Below, one piece after another: positions 29,729-39,620 of a stretch of DNA of 60,043 nt. The notes below the pieces were generated by a model that had not been told where the DNA came from, did not search any database, and saw only the letters and a list, made by a program, of their open reading frames with translations. Position 1 is the stretch's first letter. The number at the start of each line of letters is the position of its first letter. This stretch comes from a virus (taxonomy: Duplodnaviria > Caudoviricetes): the IMG/VR virus record IMGVR_UViG_3300018035_000100, positions 1 to 60,043 of that record; one strand, 5' to 3'. A program made the position numbers and the translations under genes.

Positions 29729-30429
29729 AGGTTATAGGATTTTCTTGTTGCGTTAATTACGCGGATATACTTGCTCTAACTTATCCTATTAACCAAAATT
29801 TTTTAGATGATTATATAATTAGTACATCTTATGAAGATGTGGAAACTCAAACTTTTTGTTCTGAAAATAAAATAAAATATGTAATATCAGATGCATATAA
29901 AAAATATAATGCTTCTTTTAACAAATCAGCAATGCTTAATGAGTGTTTAAAATATATTTATAACAATAATTTTTATAAAGATTTCTGGAAAGTCTCTCTA
30001 GATGCAGATATAGCTATAGATAATATAAAATTTGATAAAAATAGGATTCTTAACAATGATTTTATTTATGGAACTATGCGAAAAATTATTGACGATAAAA
30101 ATTTTTTTAAAGAAAAAATTTTTACAATAAATAGTTTAAGAAAAGCCCCAAGTTGGCAACAAAATTTACCAGAGAATTTTCCTCATCCCAATGTTGGATA
30201 TTTTCAAATGTTTAAAAAAGAGGTGTTTTTTAATGAATCGTTTTTAACATGTTCTCATTGCGACACGCAATTTTTTTATGAGCATTTTTCTCGAGATAGA
30301 TCATTCACATTTTTAGAAACTGAGATTTTATCTTATCATCTTGGAAAAATAGAACAAAATTGGTGTGGAAGAAGGACAAAAAAATTAGATACTATATTAG
30401 GAAAAGATAAATGGGTTATAATCCGTTAG
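29725..30429 (+). CDS. GT-A fold glycosyltransferase
   Basis: CVNYADIL, FNKSAMLN, LDADI, GYFQMF. Confidence 0.75.
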   Translation: MKVIGFSCCVNYADILALTYPINQNFLDDYIISTSYEDVETQTFCSENKIKYVISDAYKKYNASFNKSAMLNECLKYIYNNNFYKDFWKVSLDADIAIDNIKFDKNRILNNDFIYGTMRKIIDDKNFFKEKIFTINSLRKAPSWQQNLPENFPHPNVGYFQMFKKEVFFNESFLTCSHCDTQFFYEHFSRDRSFTFLETEILSYHLGKIEQNWCGRRTKKLDTILGKDKWVIIR

Positions 30430-30977
30430 TACGGGGCGATATGTGGTCATTACAATCCTTAATAGAGACTCTACCCCAAAATATAATTATGATTGAAATA
30501 GGGGTTTATAATGGGGAATCCACTGAACAATTTCTTAAGTCTGGAAAAATTATAAAAACATATTGTATAGATCCTTTTTTAAATGGGTATGATGATAGCG
30601 ATCCAACGTCTTCTTTTGATATGTTCTTGGCAAGAAAAAATTTTTATAATTTAATTTCAAAATATAATAATATTATTCACATTGAAAAAAAATCTGATCA
30701 ATCTTTAAACGATGTACCGGATCAAGTAGATTTTGTTTATATAGACACAGTACATACCTATCAAGGGTTAAAAAAAGATATTTTGAACTATTATAAAAAG
30801 ATTAAAATTGGGGGGATTTTAGCGGGGCATGACTATGGTCATCCCACTCATCCTGGAGTAAAAGTTGCTGTCGATGAATTAATAGAAAATCCTATAACTT
30901 TTCCTGACTTTTCGTGGAGTAAACAATTAGAAGATAAAAGAGTTAAGAATTTTATTTCTATGCAAGGAAAATTATAA
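30411..30977 (+). CDS. class I SAM methyltransferase (Methyltransf_24-like)
   Basis: IEIGVYNGEST, CIDPF, DFVYID, GGILAGHDY. Confidence 0.88.
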   Translation: MGYNPLVRGDMWSLQSLIETLPQNIIMIEIGVYNGESTEQFLKSGKIIKTYCIDPFLNGYDDSDPTSSFDMFLARKNFYNLISKYNNIIHIEKKSDQSLNDVPDQVDFVYIDTVHTYQGLKKDILNYYKKIKIGGILAGHDYGHPTHPGVKVAVDELIENPITFPDFSWSKQLEDKRVKNFISMQGKL

Positions 30978-31005
30978 AAACTAAAATCTTTAAAAGGAAT
31001 TAAAA

Positions 31006-31878
31006 ATGAAACCAATCAGAGAAATGTGGGCTGGTATGATTGATATTACTTATTATTGTGGTCGCGAGTGTGTTTATTGTACCCGATGTGATAGACATTT
31101 AGGTAAAAAACGTTATCATATGTCCCTTGAAGATGTAGAAAAAGCTTTAATAAGTTATAAAGATTTTCCTGGTTGGATTGGAATTATAGGTGGAGAACCT
31201 CTTTTTTATCCTTATCTCAGTGAAGCGTGTGAGCTTATACGACACTATTTTCCAAATCCTGCTAATAAAGTAGCAATATGGACTAGTATAGATCCCCAAA
31301 AATCAAAATACGGAAATGATATTTTTCGTACTTTCGGACACGTTCATTACCATCCTCACACTAAAGAACAAGAACAGGAATTTAGTCATCAGCCATTAAC
31401 TATTTCAATAAAAGATGTAATAAAAAATGAAAAACTACGAAATGCTCTTATAGATGATTGTTGGCTTCAAAGAAAATGGTGCCCTACAATAACAAATGAC
31501 GGGGCTTTTTTTTGTGAAACAGCTGCTTCTATAGCAAAACTTTTAGGAATTAAAGGATGGGAAGTAGAACCTACATGGTGGAAAAGAAATCCATCAGAAT
31601 TTGGATATCAAAAAGATTTATGTCAATACTGCGGAATGTGCATTCCTATGGAACGACAAAAAATGGAAGAAAAACAACAAAAAATATCTCCCAGTTTTTT
31701 AAAAATTCTTCGAGATAATAATTTACCCACCGGAAATTATGAGTTATTTGATAAACAAATTACAATTAAAGAAATGGTAGAATGTGTGCCAAATTGGAAA
31801 CCCGGAGTCTATAAAACAGAATTATTATATGAAACCTTCCCTTTTAGTACTATAGATTTTTCAAAATTTGAGGATTAA
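31006..31878 (+). CDS. radical SAM protein
   Basis: CGRECVYC, GGEP, additional C-terminal cysteines (CW...WC...FC...CQYC). Confidence 0.85.
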   Translation: MKPIREMWAGMIDITYYCGRECVYCTRCDRHLGKKRYHMSLEDVEKALISYKDFPGWIGIIGGEPLFYPYLSEACELIRHYFPNPANKVAIWTSIDPQKSKYGNDIFRTFGHVHYHPHTKEQEQEFSHQPLTISIKDVIKNEKLRNALIDDCWLQRKWCPTITNDGAFFCETAASIAKLLGIKGWEVEPTWWKRNPSEFGYQKDLCQYCGMCIPMERQKMEEKQQKISPSFLKILRDNNLPTGNYELFDKQITIKEMVECVPNWKPGVYKTELLYETFPFSTIDFSKFED

Positions 31879-31936
31879 AAATCCTTTCACAAAATAATTA
31901 CTGAATCAAAAGATTTAGATCTTTCTAAAAATTGTT

Positions 31937-31965
31937 TTTAGTTTTTTTTAAAAAAAGTGTATAAT
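31937..31965 (+). promoter_or_regulatory. sigma70-like promoter TTTAGT-17-TATAAT, probably leaderless
   Basis: The -10 ends 6 nt before ATG 31972. Confidence 0.6.
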
Positions 31966-31971
31966 TAAAAT

Positions 31972-32658
31972 ATGGAAGAAGATCCTTGCCCATATTGTGA
32001 TGGTTCAGGGTATAACCTCACCGCTATAAAACACACTCAGACGGGTATAGATAAGCTTGTATCTCAGCCTTGCTTCTGCTACTGTTCCCGGCTTATATCG
32101 TCTGAAAATAGCATCCTAGGGGGTTTAGGAGGACAATATACGCACCCAGATAAATTGGATCCTCTTTTGGACGTAAATTTTTCTGATCTGGCTTTAATTC
32201 CAAATTATTTAATCGCCGGTAACACAGACGATTTTCTATTACAAATTAAAGCTTTGTTGATGAAATATCGTTTTGATTCTCGTCATATCAAAATATTATT
32301 GAGTCGATCAATTGATGTGATACAAGATTTTCATGTCCCACAAGGAATTGAAGAAGAAGCTCCTAAAAAACTCTCATTTTTAACTAATTTTGATTTAGTA
32401 ATACTAGAATTCGAAACTGCAGAGCATAATAAAGCCCTAGCTCCTGGTATGCATCAAGTAGTCTGGACCCGTATAGAAGAAAAGAAACCTGTCTGGGTTT
32501 TTTTCCGTAGTGGTTTCGGAAATATGACGTCATGTAATGAACAATCCCCGGGTCTTTTAGAGTTATTCAATAAGCATTTCCAACAAATAGAATTAAAAGC
32601 AAGTCAAAATATTATACAAAATCAAAGTGAAAGTAAAAATCTAGCCACAACCTTTTAG
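31972..32658 (+). CDS. DnaC/IstB-like helicase loader with degenerate P-loop
   Basis: N-terminal CPYCDG...PCFC zinc site; FDLVILE Walker-B-like; no GKT; directly before dnaB. Confidence 0.55.
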   Translation: MEEDPCPYCDGSGYNLTAIKHTQTGIDKLVSQPCFCYCSRLISSENSILGGLGGQYTHPDKLDPLLDVNFSDLALIPNYLIAGNTDDFLLQIKALLMKYRFDSRHIKILLSRSIDVIQDFHVPQGIEEEAPKKLSFLTNFDLVILEFETAEHNKALAPGMHQVVWTRIEEKKPVWVFFRSGFGNMTSCNEQSPGLLELFNKHFQQIELKASQNIIQNQSESKNLATTF

Positions 32659-32677
32659 AAAATATAGAGTTAATGAA

Positions 32678-34144
32678 ATGAAAAAAGTATTTAGATCAAT
32701 AATCGATATACAATCCAGTGTTCCAATGGAAGAGCTCGTTAGAAATTATCGGGCATTCATAACATCTAGAGTACAGGCAGAAGATCCCTCTTATATTAAA
32801 TTATATCATTGGATTGAAGCACATTTTAGAGAATACAAAGAAATCCCTTCCTATACTCTTTTGTATAAGAGAGCCGAAAAAGAAGGTAACGAAGGAGTAT
32901 TAGTCTCGTTAAGAGATCTTGTTTCAGAAGTTGCACAAATTCGATCTAATTATAAAGAAATCCTTAAAGATAAGTTTGAAGAACAATGTAAAAATAATCT
33001 TCAAGATTTAATGCAGAAAACATATCAAATAGCAAGTTCAGGTTTAAAAACTGGGAAAAAGGAAATAAAAGGTATAGAATCTGCTATAGAATATTTTATT
33101 TCTGAATCCCGAAACTTTAGAATGAGAAATTTAAATACTAAAACAGAAGGAAATATTAGAACAGAACAAGACCGCTCTGAATTAATGCAAGAATATCAAA
33201 AAAGTAAAACTGATCACGGTGTGACTTTAAGTATGTATTCTTTTCTTGATAAAATGGATAGTATAACAAGAGGTTTGAAGCCTGGCGAATTAATGCTAGT
33301 AGCTGGATTTGTAAAACATGGAAAAACTATTCTTGCAACTAATCTAGCTTATAATGGAATTGTTCAAGGGCTTAATGGGATGTTTGTTTCTTTGGAAATG
33401 TCTTTTGAAGAAATGCGACGCTCTTTTTATACTCTTCATACGTGTAATCCATATTGGCTTAATATTCCTAAATATAAAAATCTTATAGGAAAAATCGATA
33501 TTGAAAAAATTATAGGAGGAGAGTTATCCGAGTTAGAACATGAGTTTTATGATACAGCAGGAAAACATTTTATTAATCAACCGGACTACGGTCAATTATA
33601 TATGTATCAACCTATAGAAGATTTAACTCCATCTAGACTAGAATCTTTAGCTTATGATTACGACTCGCAATTAAAAGATCAAGGAAAGCAACTGGATTTT
33701 TTGGTAGTAGATTATGTAGGATTAATGCACGGAGATAAAAGTGGGAGTGACTGGAATAACGAACTTAATGAAATTATAAAAAAACTTAAAAATCTTGCTT
33801 TAGGTTTTGATAACGGTAGAAAAATTCGTATTATCAGTCCTTTTCAAATAAATAGAACTGGTTATAAAGAAGCGGAAAAAACCGAGGGTATGTTTAAACT
33901 TACAGCTCTTTCTAATGCAAATGAAGCCGAACGATCTGCAGATGTTGTTGTTACTACTTATATGACTGAAGAAATGAAAAAAGCAAAAATTATAAAAATA
34001 GCATGTTTGGCTCAACGTCGTGGAAGTACTTTTGATCCATTTGAAGCTCGAATAGATTTTGGCCCCAAATATATACACGATATTATTCAAACCAGAACCT
34101 TACGACCAGAAGATGAAGGTCTAACAGAAATTCCAATAGATTAA
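32678..34144 (+). CDS. dnaB: DnaB-like replicative helicase
   Basis: GLKPGELMLVAGFVKHGKT, VSLEM, VVDYVGL, QINR, ERSAD. Confidence 0.9.
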   Translation: MKKVFRSIIDIQSSVPMEELVRNYRAFITSRVQAEDPSYIKLYHWIEAHFREYKEIPSYTLLYKRAEKEGNEGVLVSLRDLVSEVAQIRSNYKEILKDKFEEQCKNNLQDLMQKTYQIASSGLKTGKKEIKGIESAIEYFISESRNFRMRNLNTKTEGNIRTEQDRSELMQEYQKSKTDHGVTLSMYSFLDKMDSITRGLKPGELMLVAGFVKHGKTILATNLAYNGIVQGLNGMFVSLEMSFEEMRRSFYTLHTCNPYWLNIPKYKNLIGKIDIEKIIGGELSELEHEFYDTAGKHFINQPDYGQLYMYQPIEDLTPSRLESLAYDYDSQLKDQGKQLDFLVVDYVGLMHGDKSGSDWNNELNEIIKKLKNLALGFDNGRKIRIISPFQINRTGYKEAEKTEGMFKLTALSNANEAERSADVVVTTYMTEEMKKAKIIKIACLAQRRGSTFDPFEARIDFGPKYIHDIIQTRTLRPEDEGLTEIPID

Positions 34145-34146
34145 AT

Positions 34147-35001
34147 ATGCAAAAAATTATATTACATTATAATAAAAAGTTATGGAAAGAAATCATTCCT
34201 AAGCCATATAACACTTTGCAAATATTTATTACCAATAAGTGTAATCTTAGGTGTAAGGGATGTTTTTATGAATCCCGTATAGAGAATTCAGAAATGTCCT
34301 TTGATAATTACAAGAATATAGTTAATCGAGCTCCAAAAGACATACATAAAATTGTACTTATGGGAGGGGAACCAACTTTACATCCAGATATTATAGAAAT
34401 GATTAAATATAATCAAAACAAAAATTTAAAAACTACTATTTATACTAATGGAGTAAATCTTTCTATTTTAGAAAAAATAAATCTTAAAAATGTTGATGTC
34501 AGAATTGGAGTTTTAGGGGCAATTACAGGAGAAAAAAATCTTAAAGATATTATGCCCTCGGATATACCAGTCACAATAGTTTATATGCTTCGAAAAAATA
34601 ATATAGGAGAATTGTTAATAGCTTCTAAAATGGCAGAGACATTTAACTGTAAACAATTCTTTTTATCGTCTATTCGAGATATAACAGTAACAGGGAACTT
34701 TTGGAAAGATACAGATGATACAGTTTCAAATGAAGAATATTGCGAAATTGTACAAAATTTTTTAAATTTTTATAATGGAAAAATAAAAAAGATTCATATA
34801 GCGTCTAGAGGAATACTTGAAACAACACAAAATAAAATGACGTGTCAGACATGTCGATTTGGTAATATTTTTCCTAATGGAGAAATTATAACTTGCCCAT
34901 TCGATATAGCATTAAATAAAATTTCTACAGATTTTGAATATGGTAGATTATGTAATAAAAATGGCTGTGTACTACAAAAAATAATACTCGAACGAAAATG
35001 A
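34147..35001 (+). CDS. radical SAM protein with Twitch/SPASM-like C-terminus
   Basis: CNLRCKGC, MGGEPTLHP, YTNG, CRFGNIFPNGEIITC. Confidence 0.88.
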   Translation: MQKIILHYNKKLWKEIIPKPYNTLQIFITNKCNLRCKGCFYESRIENSEMSFDNYKNIVNRAPKDIHKIVLMGGEPTLHPDIIEMIKYNQNKNLKTTIYTNGVNLSILEKINLKNVDVRIGVLGAITGEKNLKDIMPSDIPVTIVYMLRKNNIGELLIASKMAETFNCKQFFLSSIRDITVTGNFWKDTDDTVSNEEYCEIVQNFLNFYNGKIKKIHIASRGILETTQNKMTCQTCRFGNIFPNGEIITCPFDIALNKISTDFEYGRLCNKNGCVLQKIILERK

Positions 35002-35546
35002 AGGATATACTAAAACTAAAGGAATTAGTAATAGAACAAGTTCCACTTGCTGAAGTAATGTTATCATATGGAGTTCGGTTTCAATTAGACCCACGCATAG
35101 CAAATGAAGTTCAGTTTCAATGTCATTTTCACGGTAAAGATACAAAACCCTCTGCTAGGTTATATAACAGTACAAAAACCTGTTTCTGCTGGGTATGTAG
35201 AAAAACTTGGAATGTTATTTCATTTACAATGGATGCGGAGAGATTTACTTATAAACAAGCTATAAAATATTTAATCAACAAATACCATATAGATACTTCA
35301 TCGATTCCGGACGAACCAGTATTTGAATTCCCTAAAATTCAAATTTCCGAAACTAGAATAGCGTTAAATCTTATAGAAAAACATATTTTGGAATTACGAA
35401 GAAAAATTAAATTCGAACAATATAGAAATTTTTGTGTAGCATTGTATCTTCTTAAGTATCAGGATTTTCAAGGATTTAAAATTTTAGATGGTATAACAAA
35501 AATACAAAATAAAATTAATGAAGTAAAAGGAACATTAGCCTTATGA
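34998..35546 (+). CDS. stand-alone CHC2 zinc-finger (primase zinc-binding domain) protein
   Basis: CHFHGKDTKPSARLY...CFCWVC...NVISF; no TOPRIM domain. Confidence 0.8.
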   Translation: MKDILKLKELVIEQVPLAEVMLSYGVRFQLDPRIANEVQFQCHFHGKDTKPSARLYNSTKTCFCWVCRKTWNVISFTMDAERFTYKQAIKYLINKYHIDTSSIPDEPVFEFPKIQISETRIALNLIEKHILELRRKIKFEQYRNFCVALYLLKYQDFQGFKILDGITKIQNKINEVKGTLAL

Positions 35547-35875
35547 AAGACGGTCTTGATCGAAAGGATTTAGAAAGTTGGGAACAATGTAAAAAAGATG
35601 ACGTGATTTTTGTATATGATAATAGAAGTGAAACAGGATTTTTATACAAAATCATAAAAGAAGGAATTCCTCCTGAATTAGAAAAAATTGCTGAAGAAAA
35701 TTTAATTAATTTTAGTAGTATATTTGTACCCATTTTTTCTAATAATTTACAGAATTTTAAAGAACAAGGGTATAAAGTAAAATTAGTTAATAAAAAAGAC
35801 TTAGTTCTTTATAGTCATTGGCAAACCAAAACAAAAAAATATTTTGATCTTTTAGAAGAAATAACAGAGGAATAG
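35543..35875 (+). CDS. small protein of the LILYSHW..K...F..LL C-terminal motif family
   Basis: Ends DLVLYSHWQTKTKKYFDLLEE. Confidence 0.7.
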   Translation: MKDGLDRKDLESWEQCKKDDVIFVYDNRSETGFLYKIIKEGIPPELEKIAEENLINFSSIFVPIFSNNLQNFKEQGYKVKLVNKKDLVLYSHWQTKTKKYFDLLEEITEE

Positions 35876-35878
35876 TAA

Positions 35879-38332
35879 ATGGGAACATCTGAAGTTCAAA
35901 CCATGACTTTAACCGAGTTTATTGAAGAAAACATGCGTTCTGCTGTTGCAGAACTTCCGTGGATGAAAGGAAAGAATATTCGACTATGTAAATCTATAGA
36001 AGATCTTCGTTCCTACATAGACCAAGGAATCAATAATGGGCGATGTGCACTCGATCTTGAAACCACCGGTCTTAATACACGATTAGATTTAAACGGCAAC
36101 CCCATAGAAAAAATAGTGGGTATAGCCCTTGCTATAAACGAAGACGATGGAATATATGTGGCTATAAATCACCAGGAAGGAAACGAAGATAATCTTCGAG
36201 AACAAGAAGTTTTGGAAGAAATTCGTCGTTTATGCTCGTGTTGTGTAATTTTAGTTTTCAACGCTAAATTTGATTTACAGTTCCTTAAAAATTACGGTAT
36301 AATTGTCTCCGATCCGTCTATGTTTGAAGATGTACTTATTCTTGCCCGTCTATATGATGCGGGACAGAAAATAAACAATCTTAAAACTTTAGGGGATACC
36401 CTTCTTAAACGTCCTCAAATTGATTTTAAAAAAGCTACCGGTGGTACTACCCGTTTTGATTTTACCCCGCCTAGTAGCGGGTATCTTTATGCCGCACCCG
36501 ATGCGATGAATACTTTTGGTTTATACAATTTTTTTATAAATCATCCAATTATAATTTCCCAGAAAAATATTTATGCCATAGAAAAGAAATTGTGCCCCGT
36601 AATAATGCAGATGGAACAAAATTTGGTACTCATAGACAAGCCATATTTAGAAGAACAAAAAATAAAAGCCACGAAAATTTTGGGTAATATAGAAAAAGAA
36701 GTTCAAGCTTTAGCCAAAAAAGATTTCAATCTAGGTTCAACTCAACAACTTGGAAAAATTCTTTTTGAAGATCTTAAATTTGATTATCCTGAAAAAGATA
36801 AGACTAAGAGTGGACAATATAAAACTGATGATGCAACTCTTAAAAAAATAGCAGATAAATATCCAATCGTTAAAAAGATAGTAGAATATAGAGAATTGGA
36901 TAAATCACTAGGAACTTATGTCACTAATTTATTAATAAATTGTGATGAAAATAATTGTATAAAACTAGGATTTAATCAGAATGGAACAGATACAGGAAGA
37001 TTTTCTTCCCCCGGGGGAATGGGACTTAAACTTGACGGATATTGTGGGGTTAATGTTCAATCTATTCCTGCTAACGATTCAGATAAAGTGTCAGATAATC
37101 TCCCTGATATACGAAGGTCATTTATTGCACGTCCGGGGAAAAAAATTCTTGCTATGGATTTTTCCGGAGAAGAACTTCGAGTAGCAGCAAATCTTTCTAA
37201 TGAGCCTGTGTGGATTAAAGAATTTTTACACGGATCAGCTGATATGCACACGGCTACGGCTTGTGCTGTGTATAATAAAGAAGCCAAAGACATTTCTAAA
37301 TCTGAAAGGAAAATTGCAAAAACTGTAAATTTTTTGATTTTATATGGTGGAGGAGTAACAAAATTATCTGAAAATGCTCATATACCTTTTAATGAAGCTA
37401 AACGTATTATTGGAACATTTTTTGAAAAATTATCAAAACTTAAAAACTGGATCGATACTGAAACTAAACTTGCAAGAAAACTGAAATATGCAGAAACTTC
37501 CTTCGGGAGACGACGTCCCCTTCATGAAATGTATGATTCTGGAGATGAGCGTCAAATGGCACACGCCGATCGATGTGCCGTAAATTTTAAAATTCAAGGA
37601 GCTTGTGCTGATATTTGTAAAATAGCTATGGTACGAGTTCAAAATTGGATATATAATAATAATTTACAAAATAGTATTAAACTTTTAGTTACAGTGCATG
37701 ATGAGTTGGTCTTTGAAATTGATAATGATAAATTAGATCAATGTATTCCAGTAATTAACAAAATTATGTGCTTGCAAGATATTCTGCAGGATAAATTTCA
37801 TTGGCCTGTGCCATTAGTAATAGATGCTGAATATGGTGATTCCTGGCATGTTGAACATAATTTTTTTAAAGAACATCCAGAACTTAGAAACTTAAATCTT
37901 GATATAAATTATGAAGCGCCCACTGCAATTAATAGATTGATGTCAGTAGATACAAAAGTTTCTCCTACAAATATTAAAGAAAATATTGAGCCCTTAATAG
38001 TTCAAGACCCAGTCGTAGAAAAAGTAATAGAAAATATTGAAATAGTAGAATCTGAAATTGAAGAACCAGTTAAAGAATCAGAGTCAGAATCACAAATAGA
38101 GATGGGGGATGACGGAGAATTGATTTACACAGTTCGAGAGATGTCCCTTCCGGTTTCTAGAAAAATAAATGATATTATAGAATTTTTAAAAAGTGAGTGT
38201 AATAACGAATTTTATAGCGGAGCAATAAAAAAAATTCGTGTCCGGGATTTGTCTGGTTATGATTTGATTATCTCGGACATACGTGTAAGAGCGGATAGTT
38301 TCTTGGCCTTGGCCAGATTCTACGGACTTTAA
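35879..38332 (+). CDS. polA: family A DNA polymerase (3'-5' exonuclease plus polymerase, no 5' nuclease)
   Basis: DLETTG, NAKFD, TGRFSS, DFSGEELR, KTVNFLILYG, VHDELVF. Confidence 0.95.
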   Translation: MGTSEVQTMTLTEFIEENMRSAVAELPWMKGKNIRLCKSIEDLRSYIDQGINNGRCALDLETTGLNTRLDLNGNPIEKIVGIALAINEDDGIYVAINHQEGNEDNLREQEVLEEIRRLCSCCVILVFNAKFDLQFLKNYGIIVSDPSMFEDVLILARLYDAGQKINNLKTLGDTLLKRPQIDFKKATGGTTRFDFTPPSSGYLYAAPDAMNTFGLYNFFINHPIIISQKNIYAIEKKLCPVIMQMEQNLVLIDKPYLEEQKIKATKILGNIEKEVQALAKKDFNLGSTQQLGKILFEDLKFDYPEKDKTKSGQYKTDDATLKKIADKYPIVKKIVEYRELDKSLGTYVTNLLINCDENNCIKLGFNQNGTDTGRFSSPGGMGLKLDGYCGVNVQSIPANDSDKVSDNLPDIRRSFIARPGKKILAMDFSGEELRVAANLSNEPVWIKEFLHGSADMHTATACAVYNKEAKDISKSERKIAKTVNFLILYGGGVTKLSENAHIPFNEAKRIIGTFFEKLSKLKNWIDTETKLARKLKYAETSFGRRRPLHEMYDSGDERQMAHADRCAVNFKIQGACADICKIAMVRVQNWIYNNNLQNSIKLLVTVHDELVFEIDNDKLDQCIPVINKIMCLQDILQDKFHWPVPLVIDAEYGDSWHVEHNFFKEHPELRNLNLDINYEAPTAINRLMSVDTKVSPTNIKENIEPLIVQDPVVEKVIENIEIVESEIEEPVKESESESQIEMGDDGELIYTVREMSLPVSRKINDIIEFLKSECNNEFYSGAIKKIRVRDLSGYDLIISDIRVRADSFLALARFYGL

Positions 38333-38374
38333 TAAAACAAAAACTTTTATAAACGACCTAAAAAGGAATCAAAC

Positions 38375-39091
38375 ATGGCTACCACTGATATAATAATAGT
38401 TTCATATCAAGATAAAGAAGATTTAGAAAAGTGTGTGGCTTCTATAGAAAAAAATTGTACAGATTATAATTTAATAATTGAAGACAATAATATTCCAGGT
38501 CAGAATATAGGATATACTAAGGCAGTTAATGCAGGAATAAAAAAAGGTTCTGGTCAGTTTTTTTGGTTATTAAATTCTGATACAATTGTATTAGAGGGGA
38601 CGCAACAAGAGCTGATAAAACAACTCTCTTATAGTGAAAAAACCGGAATTGCAGGATCGATGCAAAGAGATCCGGACAATTTAGATAGGATCCGTTTTGG
38701 TGGTGTACTCAAGCTTTTTCCTGGGGGGGTCCATGAACCGGGAAGTATGTCTAAAGGGGATTGCAGATTTCCTAAAAAACAAACTTGGACTAATTTTGCA
38801 TCAGCAATGATAAAAAATTCTGTTTTTGAAAAAATAGGGTTACTTGATGAAAGATATTTTCTTATTTTTTCAGACAGTGATTTTTGTCTTATGGCTCGAG
38901 AAAAATCTTTTGAAGTATGGTATTGCCCGACTAGCCAAGTATTACACAAACTCAAAGCATCAGCGTCATCGACTGAATGGCATCAGAAAGATATGCTCGC
39001 ATTTATGAAGAAATGGGGCATCACATATAATCAATCAACTCAAACATTTAATTATTCAGAAAGGTTCAGAAATTTGGACCTATTCCCCTGA
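38375..39091 (+). CDS. glycosyltransferase family 2
   Basis: IIIVSY, NIGYTKAVNAGI, LLNSD, IGLLDERYFLIFSDSDFC. Confidence 0.9.
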   Translation: MATTDIIIVSYQDKEDLEKCVASIEKNCTDYNLIIEDNNIPGQNIGYTKAVNAGIKKGSGQFFWLLNSDTIVLEGTQQELIKQLSYSEKTGIAGSMQRDPDNLDRIRFGGVLKLFPGGVHEPGSMSKGDCRFPKKQTWTNFASAMIKNSVFEKIGLLDERYFLIFSDSDFCLMAREKSFEVWYCPTSQVLHKLKASASSTEWHQKDMLAFMKKWGITYNQSTQTFNYSERFRNLDLFP

Positions 39092-39113
39092 TAAAAAATA
39101 ATAAAAAAACAGG

Positions 39114-39142
39114 TTGACTTTTTTTGTGGCAAGAATTATATT
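39114..39142 (+). promoter_or_regulatory. strong sigma70 (early) promoter TTGACT-17-TATATT
   Basis: Near-consensus elements with an A-rich UP region. Confidence 0.75.
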
Positions 39143-39170
39143 TAAAAACAAGCATAATAACTCCTTCTGG

Positions 39171-39256
39171 AGCGACCGGGATTATTTAAGTCCCGCCTTT
39201 AAATTTTCTTGTTTTGCATTCACGGACAATGAAAATTAAAATCTCGGTCGCTTTTT
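39171..39256 (+). ncRNA. candidate structured leader/small RNA with alternative hairpins
   Basis: 13-bp stem 39171-39183/39240-39252 followed by Ts; competing hairpin CGGGATT...AGTCCCG at 39177-39195. Confidence 0.4.
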
Positions 39257-39275
39257 AATTTTAAAGAAATAAAAA

Positions 39276-39595
39276 ATGAAATCCAATAGAAAATTTACAA
39301 AACTCCGCGAAAAAATAATTTCTTTTAGGTTACTTGAAAATGGTTGGGATTCTTATGGTGCAGAAAAACCAACCGATTCTGCAATTACTGACTACTCCCA
39401 CGGCTTAAGCCGTGGGGTTCTGATATTAATCAGATACAGTTTCAGCTATCTTTTGATCAAACTAAAATATTTCCGTCAAATGAGTATACTGAAGACTTGA
39501 TGAAACGGGTGTTGTCGGATAATGAAAAAGAAGCAAATGAATTAAATCCTGCGTCGGATAATTTTTCAAATCCAGAAAATAAAAATTTAGGTTGA
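39276..39595 (+). pseudogene. GWDSYGA-motif phage gene interrupted by an IS-end palindrome
   Basis: LENGWDSYGAEKPTDSAI is cut at 39389; an open frame SDINQIQF...NKNLG* runs after the palindrome in a different frame. Confidence 0.5.
39389..39420 (-). mobile_element. isolated IS200/IS605-type end hairpin (PATE/REP-like remnant)
   Basis: Minus strand GAACCCCACGGCTTAAGCCGTGGGAGTAGTCA; perfect 20-bp palindrome at 39397-39416 resembling tnpB right ends. Confidence 0.6.
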
Positions 39596-39620
39596 CTTTT
39601 TTTGTGGCGGAAATTATATT
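39592..39620 (+). promoter_or_regulatory. strong sigma70 promoter upstream of the phage sigma factor
   Basis: TTGACT-17-TATATT. Confidence 0.75.
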
